Below are positions 31,830 to 42,936 of a stretch of DNA of 64,000 bases, in pieces; position 1 is the stretch's first letter; each line of letters begins with the position of its first letter. Source of the stretch: Synechococcus sp. (lineage in GTDB: Bacteria > Cyanobacteriota > Cyanobacteriia > Thermostichales > PCC-7336); contig JBFRWN010000017.1 in the NCBI GenBank assembly GCA_051439605.1, positions 32,001 through 96,000 on the forward strand, in the 5' to 3' direction. The notes below the pieces were generated by a model that had not been told where the DNA came from, did no database searches, and saw only the letters and a program-made list of their open reading frames with translations. A program made the translations under genes and the position numbers.

Positions 31830-32828
31830 ATGAAACTGTCTCCTTTACATATCCGAGTTCATAAAGCCATTAAGCAGCATCGACTGATGCCAAAAGGCAG
31901 CCGAATTTTACTGGGGGTTTCCGGTGGACAAGACTCTCTGTGTTTGATGCACTTGCTCAAAGACTTAACAGTGCTATGGGATTGGCAGTTGCATGTGCTC
32001 CACTGCAATCATCGTTGGGTAGAACATGAATCGGACTGTGCGGATTTTGTCTGCCGTCAGGCACAGGAGCTGGGTCTAACCTGTGACATTGCCACTGCCC
32101 CCATTATTTATCAAGATGAGAACCGGTCTCGTCAATGGCGCTATCAAATGCTTTTAGATTGGGGGCAGCGATGGGATTGCCCTTACATTGCGACTGCCCA
32201 TACAGGTAGCGATCGTGCAGAGACATTCTTATTTAATCTTTTCCGGGGAACCGGTGCGGATGGTCTATCGAGTCTGAAGTGGAGTCGCCCCCTCGTTAAC
32301 GATCGCCCAGATTCCCCCCTGTTGGTGCGCCCCTTATTAGAACTGTGGCGACAGGAAACGGCTGACTTTTGCGATCGACATGCGATTCCTATTTGGGATG
32401 ACCCCTTTAACCAAGATTTGGACCATCCCCGCAATCGGATTAGGCAAGAGCTGATTCCCCTACTCAAGCAATATTTCAATCCTCAGGTGGAATTGACCCT
32501 GAACCGTACAGCTGACATCTTGGGCGATCAGGCAGAAGATATCGCTCAATGGGCTAATGCACTGTGGACTCAGGTCTATTGCGAGAATCCACCGAGATTA
32601 GATCGAGTACAGCTGGGGCAAGCTTCAATAGCACTGCAGAGACAGGTAATTCGGTGTTTTCTTCAACTCCACCTCAAATTGCCGAGTTTCGAGCAGGTTG
32701 AAATGCTAAGAGCATTGATAAATGCTCCTCGTAACAGTAAATCCCCGTCTTTATCCGGAGGTTCCTGGGCAGAAAATCAGGACAACTATCTTGTTCTACG
32801 CAATATTACGGATACGGCTCGGCATTAA
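31830..32828 (+). CDS. tilS: tRNA(Ile)-lysidine synthetase
   Basis: PP-loop GVSGGQDS, TAHTGSDRAET, VRPLL, RNRIRQELIP; AGGAG RBS. Confidence 0.93.
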   Translation: MKLSPLHIRVHKAIKQHRLMPKGSRILLGVSGGQDSLCLMHLLKDLTVLWDWQLHVLHCNHRWVEHESDCADFVCRQAQELGLTCDIATAPIIYQDENRSRQWRYQMLLDWGQRWDCPYIATAHTGSDRAETFLFNLFRGTGADGLSSLKWSRPLVNDRPDSPLLVRPLLELWRQETADFCDRHAIPIWDDPFNQDLDHPRNRIRQELIPLLKQYFNPQVELTLNRTADILGDQAEDIAQWANALWTQVYCENPPRLDRVQLGQASIALQRQVIRCFLQLHLKLPSFEQVEMLRALINAPRNSKSPSLSGGSWAENQDNYLVLRNITDTARH

Positions 32829-33163
32829 TCAACCTTGCTATTCTCGCGATCCTGGGAAAACTGTAACAGAACTTCAGAGACAAGCAATATGGTATTTCAA
32901 GCCACCTTGAATCCCCTAGCTTCAATCGCTTAGAGACTCTCAGAGCAATGTCTAGGTGCTCCTCTTGCAAGTAAGATCGCTACATTAACAATTAGGAGGA
33001 GATCGAGCAGGAATTCAAGCAAACTATCTTGCTTAAGGTAGCATTACTGATACAGTTTAACGCTAGTAGTATTGACGTTCGTTACGCTCAATCAGGCTCA
33101 CTTATGAACGGCTATTTGGACCTTATGATGGTGTGATTGCACCATTCTAGTGCTGCGGGCAAT

Positions 33164-34195
33164 ATGTTAGATCTGAAGAGCGATTCCGCTATAACAATCA
33201 TGTCAGCCAGTGTCGATCTGGATTTAGTTCCCATCCTGATCGCCACCTATTTGCCTGTAGAAATCTGCGTCTATTACCAGGTGGTGCCGGTTAACATCGA
33301 TGGCTCTTTGCTGATCCTTGGTATGGTCGATCCCAACGATCTTGCAGCCCTCGATTACGTTGGCAAAATGCTGGCTTTCTCCGAACTACAAATTCACATT
33401 CATCCTCTCTCTTTCGATGAACATCAAGAGCTAATTGCTTACTACTTCAATCATCCCCCCAGACCAGATCAGATTGCAGCTTACAAACAGTCAACTGCGG
33501 GCAAGGACGGCCTGACCGCAATTGCACCAGGTGAGCCGGTTAATGAACCAGTCGATGTGGATGTGGCAGATGACTCGACCGAAGAGTCTGTAACCACAGA
33601 TGACTCTATAGAATCAGTTCAGAAGCTACTTAATTCAATTTTGCGTCGGGCTCTAGACGAGCAGGCTGACCGAATCTTTATCGAAGTGAACGACGATAGA
33701 ACTTGTCGCGTACGCTACCGCCAACAGGGTATTCTGCGAGATTTGTTCAAAGATTTATCCGATAAGATTCGTCTCCAGCTTATTCTCAGCTTGAAGAAGA
33801 TGCTGGGTATGGAAGGGAGTCAAGATGCTCAATCGGCGGCAGTGGAGAAGAGCTATCGCGGACAACCGTTAGTGCTTCAACTTCGGGTGGTGGTCCATCG
33901 GGATAAAGAGGCTGCCATTTTGAATATCCTGCAGGGAGATGCTCTAGAAAAATATCAGCAGCAACAAAATCAGCGACGAGTGGCCGATACGCTAGCAGCG
34001 ATTGAACGGGCTCAGCGGGAATTAGAACTATTGCATATTTCTCTGACCGATACGGTGGAAAAAGTGAAGCGGTATTCCGGCACGGCGCAACCGGAATGGA
34101 CGAATGTTGGCCCCACTCTAGAGGCGCTTTTACAAAAGGCCCACCAAATTCACGAGCTGCAAAAAGCGTGGATTGAAATCCAGCCATTACAGTAG
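33164..34195 (+). CDS. GspE/PilB N-terminal-domain protein without an ATPase domain
   Basis: YQVVPV...LILGMVDPNDLAALD (T2SSE_N-like) and KLLNSILRRALDEQADRIFIE...RVRYRQQGIL (N2-like); no Walker A; start uncertain. Confidence 0.7.
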   Translation: MLDLKSDSAITIMSASVDLDLVPILIATYLPVEICVYYQVVPVNIDGSLLILGMVDPNDLAALDYVGKMLAFSELQIHIHPLSFDEHQELIAYYFNHPPRPDQIAAYKQSTAGKDGLTAIAPGEPVNEPVDVDVADDSTEESVTTDDSIESVQKLLNSILRRALDEQADRIFIEVNDDRTCRVRYRQQGILRDLFKDLSDKIRLQLILSLKKMLGMEGSQDAQSAAVEKSYRGQPLVLQLRVVVHRDKEAAILNILQGDALEKYQQQQNQRRVADTLAAIERAQRELELLHISLTDTVEKVKRYSGTAQPEWTNVGPTLEALLQKAHQIHELQKAWIEIQPLQ

Positions 34196-34349
34196 GGGAA
34201 TTCCTACTTCTTTCTGGTTAAAGAATGTATTTTTTCTGTATTTCGACAGCGTTCTATCGAGAGGAACAATCCGTTGCACTTTTTGTAACTACCTTTGTAT
34301 AAACTGAGAACTCACTCATACTGTCATCATTGTTTGTCGTGGGGCAGCC

Positions 34350-35237
34350 GTGTTTCAAGATCCTCGTCTGTTTCAAATTGCGTTTTTGAGTGCTTTCTTA
34401 GGACTGGGCGTGTGGACAAGAGATTGGACGCTGCAGCCGTACGTTGTTCTGACGGCAATCGCCGTTTGCGCGATCGCACAAGTTTTACTGGTGCTATTAT
34501 CACCTCCCCCCTCCCAGCAGCCGTCTGTTGAGAAAAAGCAAGGTTCGCAATGGCACTACGCCCTAACTTCTTTACCCAGTGCGGCCATTACCTCGCTCTC
34601 TTTATGTTTGCTACTGCGGACGAATCAGCCCATCACGATGGCAGTGGCAGCAGTGGCGGCGATCTCCAGTAAGTTTTTGCTGCGCTCTCCTCACAGGAAG
34701 CATTTTTTCAATCCCGCGAATTTCGGCATTATCGTCGCATTGCTGTTGACCCAAGACGCTTGGGTGTCCCCCGGACAATGGGGCACTGACTGGTGGGCAG
34801 TGCTGGTGCTTGCTGGCACGGGGGGAACGATCTGTGGACGAGTGGGGCGTTGGGATACTTCAGCAACGTTTTTGGGGGGATATACCGTGTTGGAACTGCT
34901 TAGACACCTGTGGTTGGGGTGGGCAGGATGGGATCTCTTGCTGCACCATCTCTCCAGTGGTTCGCTACTGCTGTTTGCCCTATTTATGCTCACCGATCCC
35001 CGTTCGATTCCGAATGCAAGATTGGCAAGGGTGGTGTGGGCATTGGCGATCGCGGTTCTGACTTTTGGGTTGCGTTATGTATTCTTTATGCCAGCGGCGA
35101 TGTTCTGGGCCTTGTTCCTGTTAGCTCCTACAACAGTTTGGTTCGATCGGATTTGGCCAGCACAACGGTTTCAGTGGATACAACCATCAACTCAGTCATC
35201 TGCTGAAGTGACATTGGCGACTTTGCGGCAATCTTGA
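34350..35237 (+). CDS. RnfD/NqrB-family membrane protein
   Basis: DPRLFQI, SAAITSLSLCLLLR, KHFFNPANFG, FMLTDPRSIP. Confidence 0.75.
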   Translation: MFQDPRLFQIAFLSAFLGLGVWTRDWTLQPYVVLTAIAVCAIAQVLLVLLSPPPSQQPSVEKKQGSQWHYALTSLPSAAITSLSLCLLLRTNQPITMAVAAVAAISSKFLLRSPHRKHFFNPANFGIIVALLLTQDAWVSPGQWGTDWWAVLVLAGTGGTICGRVGRWDTSATFLGGYTVLELLRHLWLGWAGWDLLLHHLSSGSLLLFALFMLTDPRSIPNARLARVVWALAIAVLTFGLRYVFFMPAAMFWALFLLAPTTVWFDRIWPAQRFQWIQPSTQSSAEVTLATLRQS

Positions 35238-35620
35238 GCGTGTTTATTTCAATTCTCTACTTTCCCGCTAGACAGTATCCAGAATACAATCTCGCCTCGT
35301 AATAAATGCAATCATTTCCTCAGTCAGCAGTCGTAGCTGGTCTTGGAGAATGCCGCGCAATTCATCGAAGAAGCAAGGTGGCTTCAAGCGATGTCGTCAA
35401 TTAACTTGACAAAGGCAGAGGTAGGTTATATAAAATACTAGTCAAAGAGTTTTTAAACTGAAATTTTTAGCCAATCTGAATTGTACGAAACTGATTAGCT
35501 TATTAATTTGATCCACAGAGTTGCAATGAATTCTCAAAATAAATATGTCCCTCTATATCTTTACCATGTACTCTTTTGACCTGTGCTGAGAATTTTGTCA
35601 CCGATTGGAGGGGTATTGAC

Positions 35621-36517
35621 ATGCGAGTAGGACTCATTGTTGTCTGGTTTGGGAAATGGCCACTGTGGTTTCCGGCATTTTTACAATCTTGTAAATTTAA
35701 CCCAGACATTGATTGGCTCATTTTTACTGATTGTCCTGCGCCCCCAGGTTCATCAGTAGAAAATGTCAAATTCATACCCTTTTCTACTGAGCAATTCAAT
35801 AGCTTGGCCTCGGATAATCTAAACCACCCGATAAGTATAAATCGGCCCTATAAAGTATGCGATTTTAGACCTGCATACGGAGTTATTTTTAAAGATTTCC
35901 TGAATGAATATGATTTCTGGGGATATTGTGATATTGACGTAATTTGGGGGGATATCTCTCGCTTTGTGACAAATGAGATGCTATCTAAATATTCGATTAT
36001 AACCAGCAAGAAAGACAAGATAGCAGGCCACTTTAGCTTATTCCGCAATACGCAAGAAGTAAATTCGATATTTAAGAGCTATCCAGGCTATATAGATGTA
36101 CTGACTGATGAAAAGAACCGATGGTTTGACGAAACTCTTCTAACCAAACACCTCCATGAAAATGTTCTTGGAGGTGCTGATAACGATATAGAGATTTATT
36201 GGGAAGGTTTGAAGTTTGCTGATTGGGGGCAACTAGAAAGATATACTAAAGGTTGGAAATGGGAGAATGGCAAGATCCTTGACAGCAGAGGAAAAGAAAG
36301 TTTGTATGCTCACTTCATGACCTGGAAGAAGCTAATGAAAGATATCGATTTTCAATATGAAAATCCACCAAATAAATTTATTATTACGCCTTTGGGTATC
36401 TGGTCGCAAAGACCACTTCTGGTTGAGCGCTTAACACTAGGATTGATTTTTTTGACAAGACGTCCCTGGAGAAAGATAATCATGCTTCTCACAGGTCGCG
36501 ATCCTGCTATGAGCTAA
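35621..36517 (+). CDS. DUF6625-like putative glycosyltransferase-related protein (AT-rich)
   Basis: WFGKWPLWFPAFLQSC, PYKVCDFRPAYG, YDFWGYCDIDVIWG (DxD), GHFSLFRN; GGAGG RBS. Confidence 0.75.
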   Translation: MRVGLIVVWFGKWPLWFPAFLQSCKFNPDIDWLIFTDCPAPPGSSVENVKFIPFSTEQFNSLASDNLNHPISINRPYKVCDFRPAYGVIFKDFLNEYDFWGYCDIDVIWGDISRFVTNEMLSKYSIITSKKDKIAGHFSLFRNTQEVNSIFKSYPGYIDVLTDEKNRWFDETLLTKHLHENVLGGADNDIEIYWEGLKFADWGQLERYTKGWKWENGKILDSRGKESLYAHFMTWKKLMKDIDFQYENPPNKFIITPLGIWSQRPLLVERLTLGLIFLTRRPWRKIIMLLTGRDPAMS

Positions 36518-36834
36518 TCCATGAAATCATCAATGAAAGTCTCGCCACTGAGGGGTCATCCAGACCATACAACCAGTTGTCATCCTTTTTCTATTGAAAG
36601 GGGCCGATGGGGTTGACGCCCATAGCCGTGATGAAGCGACGGAAAATCGTTCTCTCTAGAACCAATTCAGTTCCGATCGTTTTGTTGAGCTCAGTTTCGC
36701 TGCTCTCAAGTTGATAAACATCCTCACCGGCTTGGCGATGGGCCGCCACCTACATGTGAAACATGTCGTTATGTACTTCCACACCTGACCCTAACGCTCT
36801 AGCATGGGAAAGTTGCGCAATATTTCTTGAATGG

Positions 36835-37656
36835 ATGGCTGTTGTGGGCGCAGATATACGTTTGTTGGTTTTGGATATTGACGGCACGATCGCCGGTAAC
36901 AGCAATGAAGTGACTGAGCGGACTGTTGATGCAATTACGGCTGCTAAATCTCAAGGGGTAAAAGTGGCGATCGCCACAGGCCGCATGTATCAATCTGCAG
37001 TCAGGTTCCATCAAACAATTGGGTCCGACATGCCAATAGCCGCCTACCAGGGCGCTATCCTGAAGGACCCTCGAGATAACCGATTGCACCATCACCACCA
37101 CCTATCTTTAGAAATGGCAGAAACCCTATTGGGGGTTTTGAGCGAGCATCCGCTTGAAGCGATTCAAGTGTACGTAGACGATAATCTCTACATCCAAAAA
37201 TCGAACCCCCTCAGCGATTGGTACGCAGAGCGTTCGCGAGTGACGCTGAATTATCTCGAGGAATTAGGGTCACAATTGACCGCTCCCCCCACAAAGGTCT
37301 TGGGGATGACCCAAGACACGCAATTGATTGACCAGTTGCTGGAGGAAATGCGCAAAAGATTTCCTCCAGAAGAACTGTACATGACCAAATCTCTGCCCAC
37401 GTTTTTTGAAGCAACTCATCCTGGTGTCAATAAAGGAGTCGCTGTTCGCTACATGGCTGAGGAGTTATTGGGACTCACATCCGAGCAGGTAATGGTGGTG
37501 GGAGATAGTTACAACGATTTAGAGATGTTTGATTACGCTGGCACTGCTGTAGCGATGGGTAATGCGGAGGATACGGTGCAGGCCCGTGCAACCTGGCAAG
37601 CCCCATCCATTGATGAAGATGGGGCTGCAGCAGCGATTGAGGAATTTATTCTCTAA
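36835..37656 (+). CDS. Cof-type HAD-IIB hydrolase
   Basis: LDIDGT, IATGR, NKGVA, VGDSYNDLEM; start uncertain. Confidence 0.92.
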   Translation: MAVVGADIRLLVLDIDGTIAGNSNEVTERTVDAITAAKSQGVKVAIATGRMYQSAVRFHQTIGSDMPIAAYQGAILKDPRDNRLHHHHHLSLEMAETLLGVLSEHPLEAIQVYVDDNLYIQKSNPLSDWYAERSRVTLNYLEELGSQLTAPPTKVLGMTQDTQLIDQLLEEMRKRFPPEELYMTKSLPTFFEATHPGVNKGVAVRYMAEELLGLTSEQVMVVGDSYNDLEMFDYAGTAVAMGNAEDTVQARATWQAPSIDEDGAAAAIEEFIL

Positions 37657-37740
37657 TCTAAATATTCTTATCGAAAGAGCCACAAACAAGCATAAAAACT
37701 CGAGTGATTGATAGGGGAAATGAACAGGTCAACAGATGCC

Positions 37741-38337
37741 TTACATTGCTGACCACAACTCAGAGACGGAATAGCCTAGGTCAGCTAACATGTGGCGAAC
37801 CAGCGGCAAACTGATTCCAATCACATTGCTATGGCACCCTTCAATTCGCTCGATAAACAGCCCCCCAAAGCCATCTAGAGCAAAGCTGCCAGCACAGGCT
37901 AGCGGCTCACCTGTCGCAATATAGCGTTGAATTTCAGCAAGAGACATTTGGGCAAAATACACCTTGGTTTTACCTACACAGCTAACCGTTCGCCCCTGTT
38001 GGGTGTCAATCGCAGCGTGTCCTGTGTAGAGAACCCCCGTGCTACCCTGAATTTTTTGTAATCGCAGCAGCGATTCTTCTGCATTATCAGGCTTACCGTA
38101 GATTTCTCCGTCCAAAACGAATAGCGAGTCAGCCCCCAGAACAATGACGGGCTCGGGATGGTTTGCCGCCACCACCTCAGCTTTCTTGATGGCTAAGGTT
38201 TCCACCAGTTGCTTGGGCTCATGACAGACGACGGAACTTTCGTCGAAGGAACTGGGTTCGACAGAAAAGGTTAGACCCGCCGCCTCCAGTAACTTACGAC
38301 GGGCAGGGGATTTGGAGGCCAGGATGAGAGTGGGCAC
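37741..38337 (-). CDS. maf: Maf family nucleoside triphosphate pyrophosphatase
   Basis: LILASKSPARRKLL, LGADS, GKP, GEPLACAGSF, SNVIGISL. Confidence 0.92.
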   Translation of the reverse strand: MPTLILASKSPARRKLLEAAGLTFSVEPSSFDESSVVCHEPKQLVETLAIKKAEVVAANHPEPVIVLGADSLFVLDGEIYGKPDNAEESLLRLQKIQGSTGVLYTGHAAIDTQQGRTVSCVGKTKVYFAQMSLAEIQRYIATGEPLACAGSFALDGFGGLFIERIEGCHSNVIGISLPLVRHMLADLGYSVSELWSAM

Positions 38338-38435
38338 AGCGAATTGAGTGGAGCGATCGCACCGATTTTACGAGCAGAACGCTATCTCGACTACTGGGCG
38401 GCCCTCAATCGCATAAGATGCTGAACAGACAATGG

Positions 38436-39419
38436 TTAGCCCGCTGCAGAAGATTCTAGAAAAACACCCATTTGGCGGAATTTCTGATACCGTTCTTCCT
38501 TCAATTCCCGACCGCTTAAGGCCGAAAGTTCATTAATATGCCGCAGCCAGGCTTTTTTGAGGGTCTCTGCAGCAGTTAATGGGGAACGGTGAGCACCGCC
38601 GCTGGGCTCGGGCAACACTTCATCCACAATTCCCATTCCAAGCAGATCTTTGGCAGTAATTTTGAGCGCTTCAGCGGCACGGGCGGCTTTGCTGGCGTCC
38701 TTCCACAAAATAGCTGCGCATCCCTCTGGCGAAATAACCGAGTAAACCGAATGCTCGAACATGAGTACGCGATTGCCCACGCCGATCGCGAGGGCACCGC
38801 CAGATCCCCCCTCGCCAATGATGGTGCAAATCACGGGCACTTCCACCTGAAATAACTCTCGTAAATTGACGGCGATCGCTTCCCCCTGGCCGCATTCTTC
38901 TGCTTCAATCCCTGGATAGGCGCCTGGGGTATCGATCAGAGTGATGATGGGCAGTCGAAACCGGTTAGCATGCTGAATTAATCGCAACGCTTTGCGGTAG
39001 CCAGCAGGGTTGGGCATTCCGAAATTGCGCAAAACGTTGTCTTTGGTATCCCGTCCCTTTTGGTGACCCATGACCACGACTGGGCGGTTTTCTAAGCGAG
39101 CCACCCCAACTACGATGGCTCGATCGTCAGATCCATGGCGATCTCCATGCATCTCGAACCAGTCATCGCAGATGGATTGGATGTAGTCGAGGGTGCTTGG
39201 ACGGCGAGGATGGCGGGCCACTTGTACCCGCTGTGCCGGGGTCAGCCTTAAAAAAATTTCTTTGCGCAGTTCTGCCGCCCGTTGCTCCAGTTGTTGAATT
39301 TGATCGCTGGCCTCCAGTTCGTTTTCACTCGCCAACGAACGAATTTCCTCAATTCGCTGTTCCAGATCGGCAACGGGCTTTTCAAAATTCAACAAAACGC
39401 GATCGGGTGCCTTGGCCAT
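38436..39419 (-). CDS. accA: Acetyl-CoA carboxylase carboxyltransferase alpha subunit
   Basis: [45 protein letters not shown]. Confidence 0.97.
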   Translation of the reverse strand: MAKAPDRVLLNFEKPVADLEQRIEEIRSLASENELEASDQIQQLEQRAAELRKEIFLRLTPAQRVQVARHPRRPSTLDYIQSICDDWFEMHGDRHGSDDRAIVVGVARLENRPVVVMGHQKGRDTKDNVLRNFGMPNPAGYRKALRLIQHANRFRLPIITLIDTPGAYPGIEAEECGQGEAIAVNLRELFQVEVPVICTIIGEGGSGGALAIGVGNRVLMFEHSVYSVISPEGCAAILWKDASKAARAAEALKITAKDLLGMGIVDEVLPEPSGGAHRSPLTAAETLKKAWLRHINELSALSGRELKEERYQKFRQMGVFLESSAAG

Positions 39420-39514
39420 TTGAATGGTGTTCCTGGCTACAGAAGAAATACTATTTTGACAGGCTGATGCGATCGCTGTCATCCTCTCAAACGAATGAAT
39501 AAAGTGGCACCTCT

Positions 39515-39805
39515 ATGAACGCCCAGAAATCCACAGCAATCTCGATCGTTCGCAAACCCAGTCAAGGAACTTTAGCAAGTCTGGAGGTAACCAGTTGGCC
39601 TATCTGGACAAAAGAAGTGTCAGAGTTTCCCTGGTTCTACGAGAAGTCGGAAACTTGTTACTTTCTGACGGGGGAAGTCGTAGTGATTCCTGATGGTGGA
39701 GAAGCTGTTCAGATGGGCGAAGGGAACTTGGTCACCTTTCCAGCTGGGATGCAATGTACTTGGAAGATCGTTAAGGATGTGCGGAAACACTATCGCTTCG
39801 GTTAG
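39515..39805 (+). CDS. Cupin_3 (DUF861) family protein
   Basis: WPIWTKEVSEFPW, ETCYFLTGEV, LVTFPAGMQCTW. Confidence 0.88.
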   Translation: MNAQKSTAISIVRKPSQGTLASLEVTSWPIWTKEVSEFPWFYEKSETCYFLTGEVVVIPDGGEAVQMGEGNLVTFPAGMQCTWKIVKDVRKHYRFG

Positions 39806-39879
39806 ACTCAGCACTGGATTTTGGTGGATTTGGGAGTTCACACCAACCTCCAAATTGATTGACCGTTGAGGAATCGTGC

Positions 39880-41559
39880 ATGCAGCGACTTTCCGATTGG
39901 CTTGCACCCGTTGGACTCACCGCGATCGCCGTAGGTGTTGGTTTTGCACTTGTAGGGCTAGGGAATTACCCCTTTGTTACCGTATTGCTACTCGTGGGGC
40001 TGGTGATGCTGTTGCTGTGGGTATTCACCCACCTGCCTCAACTGCGCACTATGCTGGGGTTACGCTCCACCCAAGCGAACCTAAATGTCATCGTGTCCGT
40101 CTTAGCGGTGATGGTGATTTTGATTGCGGTAAACGCGATCGCCACCCGCTACTCGGTTCAGTTTGACGTCACTGAAGCCAGGCTCTTTAGTCTGGCTCCC
40201 CAAACCCAGTCGGTCTTAGAGACTTTAGAGCTTCCCGTTCAAGTCTCTGTTTTTAGCGAATCACCTCAACTAGAACTGCAAAATCGATTGGAGCAATTTC
40301 GCCGCACCAACCCCGCTCAGTTTTCCTACGAAATTATTAATCCCAATACCGATCCAGTGCGCGCTCGCGAGTTGGAAGTAACCAGTAACGAGAGGATTGT
40401 GGTTACTGCAGGGGAACGACAGGAACAATTCCCGATACCCTCCCCCTTAAGACTGGAGCGAGTTTTAACCCCTACCTTGATTCAGCTGACTAATACTCGG
40501 CAAAGGTCCATCTATTTTGTTCAGGGGCATGGAGAACTGCCGTTGGAAGCCCAGGAGGTGAATGTCGCCACCCTTTCTCAGGCCATTACAGCATTAGAGG
40601 AGGATGGGTACCTTACGTCGCCTCTCAACTTGATTGAATCTGAAGGGGTGCCCGAAGATGCCTCGGTGGTGGTGGTGGCGGCTCCCGAGCTGGCCTGGTT
40701 ACCTGCGGAAGTGGAGCAACTGACCTCCTATCTGGATCGCGGGGGGAGAGCGCTGCTATTACTCGATCCCATTGCTAACCCTCAACTGGACAGTCTTTAC
40801 GAGGATTGGGGGTTACAGTTGGCGGACGATGTGGTGGTGGATGTCAGTCAGATTAGCCGCTCACTTGGAGGCGGGCCGTACTCGACCCTCGTTACTCGCT
40901 ATGGGGACCACCCCATTACCGTTCCGCTAGCAGACAAGGGGTTAGCAAGTATTTTTCCGTTTGCAAGATCGCTGTCTGCACGAGATGGTGTTGATGCCGT
41001 TGCCCTGTTGATTACGGGTGATCGCACCTGGAGGGAATGGGATCTGGACAATAGCGATGTTGCCTTTGACCCAGAAGTCGATCGGCCTGGGCCAGTAACT
41101 CTGGGACTAGCGTTTTCCCGTCCGGTTGAACCTTCTGACTCACAAACCAATGCCGATGATTCCGTTGATGAGCCCCCAGCTAACGTACAGATCGAGACTG
41201 GCGAAAATTCTGAGACGGAGGAGAATTCAGAAGATACAGGCAGTGAGGTCGCTGGGGAGGAGGACGAGATCGCAGGAGCAGAGATCGATACATTAGAATC
41301 TCGACTTGTGGCGATCGGTAATTCGCAATTCGCAGTCAATGGAAATTTTGCCCAGTTGGGCAATGGAGATTTATTTCTCAATGCCATTAATTGGCTGTCC
41401 GATCGCGATGAAGCCATTACTATTCGCCCCAAATCACCCACCAACCGTCGGTTTAACCTCACCCCTTCCGGAGTGCAGTGGTTGCGGTTGTTATCTAGCA
41501 TCTTGCTACCTGCCATTGCTCTGTCCATGGGCGGGCTGATGTGGTGGAAACGCCGTTAA
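39880..41559 (+). CDS. GldG-family ABC transporter auxiliary component
   Basis: N-terminal TMs, FDVTEARLFSLAPQT, IYFVQGHGE, GNGDLFLNAINWL, C-terminal TM ending WWKRR. Confidence 0.88.
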   Translation: MQRLSDWLAPVGLTAIAVGVGFALVGLGNYPFVTVLLLVGLVMLLLWVFTHLPQLRTMLGLRSTQANLNVIVSVLAVMVILIAVNAIATRYSVQFDVTEARLFSLAPQTQSVLETLELPVQVSVFSESPQLELQNRLEQFRRTNPAQFSYEIINPNTDPVRARELEVTSNERIVVTAGERQEQFPIPSPLRLERVLTPTLIQLTNTRQRSIYFVQGHGELPLEAQEVNVATLSQAITALEEDGYLTSPLNLIESEGVPEDASVVVVAAPELAWLPAEVEQLTSYLDRGGRALLLLDPIANPQLDSLYEDWGLQLADDVVVDVSQISRSLGGGPYSTLVTRYGDHPITVPLADKGLASIFPFARSLSARDGVDAVALLITGDRTWREWDLDNSDVAFDPEVDRPGPVTLGLAFSRPVEPSDSQTNADDSVDEPPANVQIETGENSETEENSEDTGSEVAGEEDEIAGAEIDTLESRLVAIGNSQFAVNGNFAQLGNGDLFLNAINWLSDRDEAITIRPKSPTNRRFNLTPSGVQWLRLLSSILLPAIALSMGGLMWWKRR

Positions 41560-41571
41560 GAGAGGGGATTG

Positions 41572-42936
41572 ATGAAGCGTAATACTGCAATCTTGGTTGC
41601 TGTTGCACTAGTCTGCAGTTTTGGGATCGCCGTTTTGGAGTTTGGGCCCCAGAGGGTTCAGCAACAGAGACGCGTGCAAAGCGAGCAATTGCTGCAGATT
41701 CCCCCCGAAGAGGTCAAGAGTCTGACTATCCAGAAAGCTGATGAAACCATTGTGCTGGATCGGATCGGGGACAGTCGTTGGCAACTGCTGCGGCCTTTAG
41801 AAACGCAGGCGGAAACCGGTACCGTTCAGTTGCTGATCGAGGGGCTCGTCTCGGCAGAAGCCCCCCCGATTGGCGGGGGCGAGGACTCGGCTACCGTAGA
41901 CTTGGATGCTTTTGGGTTGGCTCTCCCCCAGCAGACGCTGATTGTAGAACGCGAGGAGGGGGAATCCAGGATCTTATTTGGGGACAACACCTTTGATAAT
42001 TCGGGTATGTACGTTCAGGTGGATAGCGGCCCCATTCGTATTCTCGAACTTAGCTTGACCCCGCAGCTAACCCCAAGTTTGTACGCTCTGCGAGACAAAT
42101 CCCTGACAGATTGGGCAGTTGCCGACCTACAGACCTTTGAGGTGGTAACTCAGGATGAGACGATTGCGCTGGTTCGCCAGGACGATAGCTGGCGACTGGA
42201 GAATCGACCCAATGTTCCTTTAGATGCTTCTGCCTTTGCGGATACCCTCTCGCAGGCGTCGTTTTTGCAAGCCAGTCAGTTTGTTGCGGAAACTCAATCG
42301 GAGTTGGCAACCTACGGGCTCGATTCCCCCACGTTGGTACTGAAAGCGGGCCTTGCAGACGGCAGTACCCAGACGTTGGCTATCGGTTCTGAGATGAAGA
42401 CGGACCCCAGCTCTGTTTACGCTATCTCTAGCGAACGGGATGGGGTGGTTGGCATTGCAACCACTAATCTCGATACCATTGCTAAAACTGAGTTCGAGCT
42501 GCGGGATGGCAGCTTAGGCCCCATTTCCTCTTTCCCTACCGGCAAGATTGCGATCGTCTCCAGCGATCCTGCACTCAGTCGCTCTTTATCCCCCGCCACA
42601 TCATCAGACGCGGGTTCTGAGCAATGGACGATCTCCGATGACCCCGATCGTCTCATCTCCATTGATGCCTTCTTGACCCCCTTGAGCGATGCCAGGGCCA
42701 AGCAATTTCTTCCTGCGGACGATGCTACGGCCACTGTTCTGTTGGAAAACCCATCGTTTTCGATTGAACTGTCACCGCTCGAAGGGGTGGCGAACGATCC
42801 TTTGATGCTGGAGTTTGCCCCCAGCGAAACCGAGCTGTACGTGCGCACCAGCTACAATTCCGATATTTTGCTGCTCGATCGCCAGTTCTACGACTTGCTT
42901 GAGACAGCGATCTCAACATTCAAACCTGCAACTTAA
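41572..42936 (+). CDS. DUF4340 domain protein
   Basis: N-terminal anchor, repeated W-x-L and (F/Y)GL-x-x-P modules; usual partner directly downstream of GldG. Confidence 0.8.
   Translation: MKRNTAILVAVALVCSFGIAVLEFGPQRVQQQRRVQSEQLLQIPPEEVKSLTIQKADETIVLDRIGDSRWQLLRPLETQAETGTVQLLIEGLVSAEAPPIGGGEDSATVDLDAFGLALPQQTLIVEREEGESRILFGDNTFDNSGMYVQVDSGPIRILELSLTPQLTPSLYALRDKSLTDWAVADLQTFEVVTQDETIALVRQDDSWRLENRPNVPLDASAFADTLSQASFLQASQFVAETQSELATYGLDSPTLVLKAGLADGSTQTLAIGSEMKTDPSSVYAISSERDGVVGIATTNLDTIAKTEFELRDGSLGPISSFPTGKIAIVSSDPALSRSLSPATSSDAGSEQWTISDDPDRLISIDAFLTPLSDARAKQFLPADDATATVLLENPSFSIELSPLEGVANDPLMLEFAPSETELYVRTSYNSDILLLDRQFYDLLETAISTFKPAT

Noticed and set aside
40899..41528. 209-aa antisense ORF within the GldG-like gene
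   Set aside because: Ser-rich mirror of the acidic sense-strand linker
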